Below, in pieces: positions 44,862 to 54,489 of a stretch of 64,000 nucleotides of DNA. The DNA comes from Blastocladiella emersonii ATCC 22665 (lineage: Eukaryota; Fungi; Blastocladiomycota). Under the pieces are notes generated by a model, which did not search any database, was not told the DNA's origin, and worked only from the letters and a program-made list of their open reading frames with translations. The position numbers and the translations under genes are program-made. The stretch spans positions 4,774,001-4,838,000 of the forward strand of contig JANHCV010000001.1 of NCBI GenBank assembly GCA_025594325.1, read 5' to 3'. The stretch's first letter is position 1. Each line of letters starts with the position of its first letter.

Positions 44862-45116
44862 TGCTATTCTACTCAGGCACGGGGGAAGCGGGATACACGC
44901 AACGTACAGCGACAGGATGGTATTGCAGGGGAAATCAACCAGTGTATCAAACAGGAACAGCTTCATTCATCCTCAAACAGGAACCGAGCGCGAGAGTGCG
45001 CCGCGCATTGGGCTGCGGCGGAGGCGTGGGAGGTGGCGTCGGTGGGTGGCGTGATCCACACCTGACCTCAACGCGTGCGTGTCTCGCATGTCTCGCATGC
45101 ACGCCCCACTACAGCA
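44862..45116 (-). repeat. 5' LTR of copia element
   Basis: 255 bp; TG...CA; followed by PBS on the minus strand. Confidence 0.97.
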
Positions 45117-45702
45117 AGCGCGACCAGGCCATGCTTCGTGGCGTTGAACACGCACTCTACGACCTGTCAAGTCGTCCGCGCGTTACCCCTAATGACGTCC
45201 GCGACTTTGTTAACGAGCTGCGGTACTACCAGCCAATGTCATACCAGTGGTGTGAGTACGTCCGACAGCTCGAACGTGGCGGCCACACGGCCGCTGCCAA
45301 TGAGGCGAAGCGGCTGCTACCAACCAAACTCAAGCCTGATTCGCGCTCCCGAACTTATCAGCTTTTCAATCCTTTTACAGCACCAATGTTGCAGACGCGG
45401 CCTTATTGTGACCTCCACAGATTGCGCCAGGCCTACGAACGAGAACTTGTGTTTGATTGTTGATGTGATAGTTGTTATTTGATAGAATATCCAGGTGCAG
45501 GTAGCATTCGTAGTCGTGTACTGAAGAAGATGCAAGAAGGCCATGGCCATGGCCACGGCCGCAGAGCCGCGCTGGAAATTCCGGTCGGCGGTCGCCTGGC
45601 TCAACCTAAGTCGTGGGGCAGAACGACGTTCATCCGCACACCCCGGGGAGCGAATGCTACCGTGCCAAGCGGGCCGGACACGGCTACCTTGCCAACCGAG
45701 AA

Positions 45703-48182
45703 CATCACGATTTTTTTTGGTCGTTTTGAAGGCGATTAAGGCACCGCAGGCAAGCGGTGCTTTCAAAAGCCATGTCCGGCCGTTGAAGGCACCCACCAGC
45801 TTTCAAAAGCACTCCCCCGCCTTCAAAAGCACTCCCCCGCCTTTGAAGGCTGCACACGCTTTTAAAGGCTATAAACGCTGTTATCGCCTTCAAAACGCCC
45901 AGGAAAAATTCAATATAGGTTCGCCAGCTCACGCTCCAGCTTCGCTCAGGGTCCACGAGAAAGATATAGGGAGGAACAAAATGTATTGATCATCAGGCAC
46001 ATCGAGGGCGGGAGATGGGAGGAGGGCGACGACCGCATCATGTCGCGGCCGATTCGAGGGATCTGAAGCACACCGCACTCGGCCGCCATCGACCTGCGAG
46101 CCGACGCGTGCACGCGGCCGTGACCTTGGGGACCCTTGGGGATGAGCTTGAGGTACTTGGGCTTGGCCACGGTGGCGATGCGGTCGATTCCCAACTGTAC
46201 AGCTGCAGCGCTTGGGAGATGCGCGCTTGGGTACAGCATCATCAGCGCTACGAGGAAGATGCAAGTGAGTGACTCTCGTGGATGAGCAAAAGCCGCGGGG
46301 CGCGTACCGTGACCATGGCCGTGGCCTGCTAGAAAACGTGTGTCTTGTCGCGGTTGACCTTGCGCGCGCGAGCGAGTTCACGCGGAAGCCGACTACACGG
46401 TGCAGGCGGGGCGCGACGAGTCAGAGACAAGCCGCGTGGGAGACCTGGTGAGAGGTGTGCAGACCGTTGCCGCGAGAGAGATCGACCGGGACACGGTGGT
46501 CGGGCCGGGACTCGGCGGCGGGTGGCGGCGGCGAGGAGGACCGGACGGCGGCCGCGTGCGAGCCCGACTAGTCGATTCGAAGGAGGCCAGCGGGTGGGCG
46601 CGATGACGGTGGCCGGGCTTGGTGAGCGAGGTTCGTGCGGGCACTACACAGCGAGACGAGACGAGACGGGTCAGGATCGGCACGGCGGTTGACGGGACGG
46701 GGCGACGAGCGAGTTGGCGACGGCGAGGGCGACATCAACCAGCGTCAGCGGAGCACCAAGTAGGTGCGCAGACAGCGTAGTCGAGGGAGATCGAGCCGTG
46801 ACGAGTGGAACGGGTAGCGCGGAGCGAGAGTGTCGCGGCGAAGGGGAGCGGCGGCGGCCGTGAGGATTCGGGGAGCGACGGTTTGGCGTAGGGAGCGAGG
46901 GTACTGCGGTGGCTGGGAGGTTGCAAACATGATGGTGGAGGGAGGTGGGCAAGGGGCGAGCGAGGGGCGAGCGAGGGGCGAGCGAGGCGGCGGCGGCGGC
47001 GGACCAGAGGCAGGCTGAGGTTCACGGCGCGCGCCGGTGCAGTGTGGGCCGCGCGACGGCGTCGGTGTTGCCAAGCATGTCGTTGGTGCGTGTGGTTGTG
47101 GTGAGGAGGGGGCGGCGGGCGGGGGAGAGAGCGGGGGCGGGCGGCGGCGCTCGCCCTTTGTTTGGCGGCCGGGTGGCTTGCCCGCCGCCGGGCCGCGGTG
47201 ATCGCCGAAGGGCGGAGGCCACAAAACGTGACGCGCCTGTCACTTCGAGCACGCCCGCTCCCTGTGCTTTTCGGGACTTTGCGTCGGCGCGAGTGCGCGC
47301 CCGCACTGCTGCTGCAAGCCCGGCCCGGCCGCTCCTCTCTGTGTCGGTCCGCTCGAGCTGACCTCGCCCTGCGCTACGCGCCGCCTCCGCTCCGTCACGT
47401 TCCAGCCGTGCGCCCGGCGCTCCTCTCAGCTGCTCACCGTCGCGGTGGCGAGCGAGCGCGGGTCGCGAACAGCCGCGCCCCAACTGCGCGCCGTCTCGGC
47501 CCGCGATGCGCCGCTCCTTGATCGGGCAAGCCGTCGGGCTCGCACGCTGAGCGCGGGGAGCCCGGGGCCGAGAGCGTCGATCGTGAGCGATCGGACGCTG
47601 TTCGGGGCGAGGTTGGCGGCGCCCGCCAGGGCCACGGCAACGTTGCATGCGGTGCCGCCGCGAACAGCGTGCTCAAGGCCGTGCCGCACGCCGCACGCCG
47701 CGCCCGCGTTGGCCAGGGCGTTGGTCTCGCGCGGGGCTGCGCGCGGGGCTGCCCGGCTGAGCGGGTCGCGAAGGACTGCTCGCGCGCGGGCGGGACGCGG
47801 GGCGGGACCAGTGTTGGCTGTCTCGCGCGCCTGGCTCAACGCCGCCGCCGTCCTGCTCAGTGCGACACGATGAGGCGAGGCGTGACGGGTCGGAGCCTCT
47901 CTGGAGCGCGCTCAGTCTAAGCTTCGAGTTGTTGCAGTGGTTACATGACGATATATTCGCGTCAGAGCGCTGTGTGTGATGCGGAGGGATCGGGGAGCAG
48001 GGGTTCGAGGGGCAGGGTGGTGGGGAGGTGGCCTGCAGCCGGCGGTCCTTGGCTGCGAAGCGGCGGGGAAGCTCTCAAAGGAGCGCGGCGGCCTTCAAAG
48101 CGGCGGGGGTGCCTGCAAAGCTGTGGGGAGTTGCCTGCAAAACGGGGTGGGCGCCTGCGAGCCTGAAACGAATTTCGTGATG
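45703..48182. mobile_element. Probable degenerate DNA transposon with subterminal repeat arrays
   Basis: Ends CATCACGA...TCGTTT..AGGC (45703-45735) and inverted GCCT..AAACGA..TCGTGATG (about 48161-48182); repeated TTTGMAGGCAC(T)CCCC-type motifs inverted at both ends; interior has only fragmentary ORFs. Confidence 0.35.
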
Positions 48183-48933
48183 AAGAGCCGCAGGGCGATA
48201 CGGAGGTACTATGGAAGTTCGAAGGATGACGGATTGATGTAACGCCCCGAACGCCAACGCCATTACAAATCGGTGCAATGGAGGTGACTCACGAGAAGAG
48301 ACGATTGTAGGGCCAAAGTAGCAAAACAGCTCCGAGGAGCGGACGTCACCAAGCGGTACTGTGGTGCGAGGGACATCTCGACCGTCAGGCATTGCGCCGT
48401 CAGGTCAAGCTCGCAAAAATATAAGTGATAAGAAATCCCCCGGCTGTGCCGAGGGTTTTAGCTATCACGCTAAAAAGAACAGATACTACACATGATCTTA
48501 GCCAAATTGGCCTTGAGAGGATACGGGACAAACTTGGGGGGAGGGGGAGCGGCGGGGTTTTATACCGGCCGCCCACCGGCCGCGGGGACGCGTCACCGTG
48601 GGAGCGCGAGTGCGTCGATCGGCCACGTGGCTGGTTGCCGCGCCTCCGCGACGCGTCGTCTGCGATGGGAGTGGCAGCTGCGACACGACGCGTTTTCGCG
48701 AGACGCGTCTCCTTGCCGCCGCGCCGCGCCGCGTGACCGCGATATTGTCTCGCACCGCGCGGCGCGATCGCGCTGGCGGAACCGCAAAATTGCGAGCTCG
48801 AGTGTGTCGCACACGAGGGACCACCCGTCTGCCCAAGTCGAAGCACTCGCTCGCTCGCTCTCCGCTCTCCGACTACCACAGCTCGCTACTACTTGCAACG
48901 AAGCACTACCCAACCAAACACCCGACTGCCACC

Positions 48934-49441
48934 ATGCCCGCCCCCGCCGCCAACAACAACACCAACAACGCCGGCGCCGCCGGCGGCAACGGCGACCGCC
49001 CCGACATGAACAAGACCAAGGCCGTGCAGGCGCAGGTTAGCGAGGTGGTCGGTATCATGCAGAACAACATCGAGAAGGTCATGGAGCGCGGCGAGAAGAT
49101 GGAGACGCTGGCCGCCAAGACGGGTACGGTCCCGTCCCGCCGCACCCTCGCTTGCCGTCCAACTCACCCTGTCGATCCGCACCGTGCGTGTAGAGGACCT
49201 GCAGAACAGCTCGAACCAGTTCAAGCGCGGCGCGACCAAGGTGCGCAAGGCCATGTGGTGGAAGGACCTCAAGCTCAAGCTCATGATCGCGGCCGTGGTC
49301 GTGATCATCCTGCTCATCATCATCATCCCGATCGTCAACAACATCAACGCGGTCGCCGGTGGCGCCAAGCCCAACACCTCGTCGACGACGCAGGCCACCA
49401 CCACGACGACCACCTCGTCGGCGGCCCCGCGCCCGACCTAA
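48934..49441 (+). CDS. SNC1: Synaptobrevin/VAMP R-SNARE (Snc1/2-like), 2 exons
   Basis: QAQVSEVVGIMQNNIEKVMERGEKMETLAAKT|EDLQNSSNQFKRGATKVRKAMWWKDLKLK plus TM helix; zero-layer Arg. Confidence 0.93.
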
Positions 49442-49748
49442 GCCGGCAGCGAGACCCGATACCCCCGCGCGCGCGTGCTGACGGCCAAGCTCGAGCACAG
49501 TGACGCGATCCCTCTATACTCGCTGGTGTAACAATCTATACTCGTTCCTCTCCGTCGTGTCTCCCTCTCCAAGTCGCAGTGCTGCCGCTCATATGCGGCA
49601 CATGTGAGTAAGGAGTTCAGTGCGTGGCCAAGGTGTGCGAAGGTCGGACCTCGGGCACCCGCAGCTCCGCTCTCCGACCGCACCACGGCATGTTGAGGTA
49701 GAAACTTAACTCGTGCTGAGACGGAATCATCCGCTTACAACGAAACCA

Positions 49749-51248
49749 TCAAACCCTGCGCCGCGGCACCCCTATCGTCGCGATCTCCGCCTCATACGCC
49801 TCGCGCATCGCTTGCAGATCAGCGAACGGCCGTGTGCGCGGCGGCGGCACCGCGTACAAGCACGAGAGCAGTCCGATCCCGAACCCGTCGTTCGGCCCAC
49901 CGCGCGGCACGTCCGTCGGGAGAAGCCGCTCCGCCTCGTCCGCGGCCGCCGCGTGGCCCGCGCGCTGCAGCTGATTAACGAGATTCCACCAGCGGTACGG
50001 CACCGGCTGGTAGTACCGGAACTCGTTGGCCAAGGCGCGGACGTCTTCGGGCGTGACGCGCGGGCGGTCGGTGAGCGAGTTGATGGCGGCGCGGATGCCC
50101 TCGGACAGGTCGCCGCGCTTCGTGTCGGCGATGGCCTCGAGCAAGTCAACAAGCTCCGACTCTTCGAGAAGCTCCGGCTGCCCGTCGCGACGCGCGGCGG
50201 CGGCGGCAAAGGTCGCGCGGACACGATCGACGGTGCGCTGCTTGTCCGAGCACTTCACCTTGTGGACCTCGAAGTGGCCCGGGTTCCGGGGCTGTGGCGC
50301 AAAGTTCTTGCAGGTACTCGCGACAAGCAGATCATGAACCAATCGGGTAATCGCAAAGAACTCGGGCACGCCAAACGTATGCGCGACGAGCCCCGGAACC
50401 AGCGGATCGACGCGGACGAAGACCTCAAGCTCGCTCGCCCGGTACGGGCGAATCGCGAGACACATCATCTCGAGCGTGAACTCGGGTCCCTCGCGGATCA
50501 TTCCGAGCACAAACTCGCTCGAGTCCACGACGAGAGCAAACCGCCCCGTGTCCGCATGCAGCCGCAGGATCGCGCGGCGGACGTGCGAGGGAACGGCCGG
50601 GTTCGCGAGCGCCGCCAGACACACTGGGAGCTTGCGCTTGGCCTGCGCGGCGTACGTCGTGTACATGAGCTTGCCGTTGCGGTTCCGCCATGGGAGTACG
50701 ACGCCGAGCGCCGCGGTCGCGATGCGGCGGTGCGGCGGGGTTGAGGGATTACTCCCTTCGGAGCGGGCATCGTCATCCTCGGGACAAGGATTGAAGTTGG
50801 ACAAGTCCGCGTCCTCGTCGTTGCGGAGCGCTTGCGGCAACCCTGCGCGCACGATCGCAAAGTAGCTCTTGGCGTCGAGCGGAAGCTCGCCGCGCGCCCA
50901 GTCGCGGAGAAGGCTCCACTTCTTCGGATCCCCAATATCGGCACGTACGAGAGCGGAAGCGAGCTCGATGAACAACGCCTTCATGTCGCGGCGCTTGAAG
51001 TGCGAGCCAAGACCCTTGTTCCGGCCGCGGTAGGTCGGGACCGCGGCGAGGAACGCCGCGCGGTCGCCCTTGACGAGCGCGACGGCGGCTTCCCACGACA
51101 TGTTGCCGCGCCAGAGCGAGGAGAAGTTCACGGCACGCGACGTGGCGAGAAGCTGCATTGCATCGCGGCACGCGAGGAACGACGCGATGCGGGACTGGAG
51201 CTCGGTCGGCAGGCTCATAAGCTGGTGCTCCATTGCATCGGTTTGCAT
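49749..51248 (-). CDS. F-box-like family protein, paralogue 5 (intronless, closest to paralogue 4)
   Basis: LMSLPTELQSRIASFLACRDAMQLLATSR..SLW; FKRRDMKALFIELASALVRADIGDPKKW nearly identical to paralogue 4. Confidence 0.8.
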   Translation of the reverse strand: MQTDAMEHQLMSLPTELQSRIASFLACRDAMQLLATSRAVNFSSLWRGNMSWEAAVALVKGDRAAFLAAVPTYRGRNKGLGSHFKRRDMKALFIELASALVRADIGDPKKWSLLRDWARGELPLDAKSYFAIVRAGLPQALRNDEDADLSNFNPCPEDDDARSEGSNPSTPPHRRIATAALGVVLPWRNRNGKLMYTTYAAQAKRKLPVCLAALANPAVPSHVRRAILRLHADTGRFALVVDSSEFVLGMIREGPEFTLEMMCLAIRPYRASELEVFVRVDPLVPGLVAHTFGVPEFFAITRLVHDLLVASTCKNFAPQPRNPGHFEVHKVKCSDKQRTVDRVRATFAAAAARRDGQPELLEESELVDLLEAIADTKRGDLSEGIRAAINSLTDRPRVTPEDVRALANEFRYYQPVPYRWWNLVNQLQRAGHAAAADEAERLLPTDVPRGGPNDGFGIGLLSCLYAVPPPRTRPFADLQAMREAYEAEIATIGVPRRRV

Positions 51249-51615
51249 GTGGTCTCCAGGAGAGAGGTTTCAAGGTGCGGGAGAGACAAGGGTGCGAGGA
51301 GCTGAAGCGGCACACCGACGGAGCAAAGCCAGCGGTGATCACCGCTCGGGTCACGGCGACATGACCAACGCGTCCGCCGCCTCGCTTCCGCCCACCACCA
51401 CGCTCGCAAGGCCGTGTTTGAGGTTGACAGTGAATCAAATTTCCGAGAGCAAGAGCGGGGAGGGGGGAGATCGTGGGCAAGAAGAGTTCGGTATGTGCGT
51501 GCGTGAGAATGGGTTGAGAGACGAGTGGGGAGGAGGGGTAGTGGAGAGAGAGGAGGGAGGACGAGGTACTGTACACGACATCCACATCCGCCGACGGCGT
51601 CGCGTCGCGTCGCTA

Positions 51616-53917
51616 CTACACGGCGGCCGCGGCCGCGACCTTAGCCGCGTGCCGGACCGCGTTCTCGGTCCAGCGCGCGATATTCGTGCGGTCGCGCGTC
51701 GCGGCGCGCTTGACGGCGTCCATAACCACCTGCAGATCGGCCTGCTTGTACCCGGAGACGCGCTCAATGTCGTTCCAGGGGACCTGCTTCCACTGCTGGT
51801 GGTGCTCGAGGGCGACGGCGACGACGGCGGCGGCGGTCGCCGAGGGGAGGTGCAGGTGCGTGTCGTAGTCGGCGAGGGCCATCCAGGCGAGGTGGCGGAC
51901 GCGCACCTTGATGAGCGGGTCGAGGTGCAGGGCGGCGACGAGGTCGGGGAGGAACGACTCGACCGTGGCCACGTTGAGGCGGAAGTGCAGCCGGTTGAGC
52001 AGCTCCTGCTCCATGTCCAGGATGTCGTCGACCGTGAACTGGTGGTCGAGCAGACGCGTGATGTCGACAATGTCGGGCGGGGCCACCTCCTCGTACTTGC
52101 TACGGATCGGGAGTGTGCGCGCGTCAGACCTCGAACCAACGCTCGAATCCCATGATCAGAAAACGTACGTAGCGACAAACAGCGCGGCGAGGGCGAGAAT
52201 GTCGAGGGTGGTAGCCGTGACGCTGCACCGCGACAGGAACCGGTCCATGTAGTTGACGGCGAGGAAGATGGAGTCGCGGGAGAGCCGGAGGTCCGACGAC
52301 ACGCCGACGAGGTAGTCGACGAGGTTGTCGCGCAGGTCGGCGTTGACCGACGTCTGCACCGTCTTCATGAAGTGCCGCTTGGGCCGGTACCGCGTCTAGA
52401 TGTACAAGGATCAGCCTCCGCCCATGTCCACCAAGGTCAACAAGGCGACGTACCTCCAGCGCGCGCAGATGCCCGAAGATCTCGTTGACGTAGATGGGGA
52501 GGTGCGAGTCCCACGGCGCGTGCGCATGGACCCGCTCGTTCGCCAAAGCCACCACGGCCGGCGTCACGTCGAGCTCCTTGGCCGAGTCCGTCGACGACGC
52601 GCTGCTGGCGCGGGGTGGGAGGCTGAGCCCCGCAATCGTTCCCGCCAAATGGACGGGCGGGTGGCAGAAATCCTCGGTGCGTGCGGCGGACACGGTGGTG
52701 TCGCGCGAGTGGCAGACCGAGGTGGCGGCCGTCGAGGACGTCGCGCACGCGCCCGAGGCCGAGGTGGTCGAGGAAGAGTAGCTGCCGCAGTAGTAGCCGC
52801 CGAACGAGTCGCTGCCGGCCGTGAGCTGGCGGAACTTGGCCGCGGCGGCCGCGTGGTCGGCGTCAAAGGACCCGAGCTCGGCGCCGGCGTAGTCGGGGCG
52901 GCGGTCGGACCGGTGGTTCCAGTGGAACGACGACGCGGGGACGGCGGCGGCACCACTCCCGCTGCTGGCGTCGCCGATCGAGGAGAGGAGGTGCTGCTGG
53001 GCGGCTGCGAGCGAGGACGACGACTCGAGGTCGCTGCCGTCGTACGGGAGGGCGTCGCCGCCGTCTTCATGGTCGAGATCGACGCCGAGCTCGGCGAGCT
53101 GGCGGTACATGGCGATGACCGAGGACGGCGACGAGGACGCGAGGTCGATACCGAGGTCCGCGAGCTCCGGGTGGATCCCGCCTCCGCTCGCCAGCATCTC
53201 GTCCTCTTCGTCGCTCGAGTCCGACTCGTCCTCCTCCTCGAGGATCAGCGCGGGCGCGGTCCGCGGGCCGAGCCCCGCGACCCCGTCGTCGACAATCTCG
53301 TCGTCATCGTCATCGGACGGGGTCGCGAGGGGCGGGAGCGAGGTGGTCGACGACGACGCGGTGCACGAGGTGGACGAAAGCGAGGCAAACGAGCCGACGC
53401 CCGAGTCGATGCGGTGCATGTCGGGCCGCTTGTCCTTTTCCGTGGTCGGCGGGAGGCTGCCGAGGAGCGGCGGGGGCGGGCGCGCGGTCAGGGACGGCAG
53501 GCTCGTCGACTTGGCGAGCGGCGGCAGGGTCGTGGGGACGGGTGCCATGGACGCGGGCGCCGAGGCGATCGACGAGCGGGACCCAGTACGCGTGCGCGAG
53601 GAGGAGGAGGATGGCGGGCGGCGGCCGTGCGACACGGACGACTTGGCGCCCGCGGGCCGTTGTGGTGGCGAGTACTTGCCGACACGAGAGGAGGAGGAAG
53701 ATGTTGGTGCATGGTGGCGGCCGTTGGTACGACGACCGGGAGAGGAAGTGGAAGAAGTCGAGCCCGTCGCGGAGAGGTAGCTGGTGCTCGCAAACGCCGA
53801 GTCGCTGGCGTGCGCGTGGATCGCCGCGGGTGCCGAGGGGCGCAGCGCGGGCTGCGAGCGCGACAGGCGCAGCGAGCTGGTGAAGCGGTCGACGAGCGAC
53901 TGCAGGGCTTCGGCCAT
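51616..53917 (-). CDS. A/B-type-like cyclin with long disordered N-terminus (3 exons)
   Basis: YVNEIFGHLRALE|TRYRPKRHFM; cyclin box LRDNLVDYL...SIFLAVNYMDRFLS...LAALFVAT|KYEEVAPP...ILDMEQELLNRLHFRL; second cyclin fold. Confidence 0.85.
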
Positions 53918-54489
53918 GGTTGCAGCGGTGGTGGCACAGCAGCAGGGCAGGGACGAGTGGAGGGTGGAGGAGGGTCAAGTGAACGCAAGGAGCGAGTGCG
54001 CAGGGCAGGACAGGATGATCGATCGGCTGATGTCCGCGGCGCGGTGGGGGTGCGTGTGCAAGGTGCGGGGGGTGGTCGGTGTCGGTGGATGGCTCGAGGT
54101 CGGCGGAGAGAGAGGAGAGGAGTGGGGCCAAGCGGCGACCCGGGCAGGGGCAGTGCAGAGAGCAGCAGCAGAAGGGAACGCGCGAACGACGGGCCCGTGG
54201 AGGAGGAGTGGGAACCGCGCTCTCACGACACGCCTTCATTTCGACGCGCTCCGCAGAACCCTGCACGCTCTTGCTTGTTGCACCGAGTCGCCCGCCCCGC
54301 CCCGCCCCGCCCGCGCACATCGGCGCCGGGAGACTTTCCGCGCGGGCAAGTGAGGATACCCGTGGGAACGCGCGTCACGCCACTCGCCTTCTGGGCGCCG
54401 CCACTTTTTCACCGCAGCGTCCGCCGATCACTTCACACTTTCACGTCCCTGGATCCGCTCTTGTGGCATCAAACACCCCATCTATTCTC

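Larger units (their letters stand above)
38875..45116 (-). mobile_element. Full-length, inactivated Ty1/copia LTR retrotransposon (6,242 bp)
   Basis: Two 255-bp LTRs with TG...CA ends; 5-bp TSD AGCGC (38870-38874 and 45117-45121); domain order gag-PR-IN-RT-RH. Confidence 0.97.
35158..45463 (+). pseudogene. F-box-like paralogue 4, split into three pieces by two insertions
   Basis: Pieces about 35158-36013 (MQTNVIEPTVFGLSKELQRRIASLL...EIMCHAIREF), about 38571-38874 (HLRMAPMLNALIGQTFG...AVANAKR) and 45117-45463 (DQAML...RPRVTPNDVRDFVNELRYYQP...LRQAYE) are collinear with intact paralogue 5. Confidence 0.85.

Noticed and set aside
45500-45661. MITE defined by the 11-bp inverted repeat GGTAGCATTCG/CGAATGCTACC
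   Set aside because: No target-site duplication and no second copy in the window; could be chance
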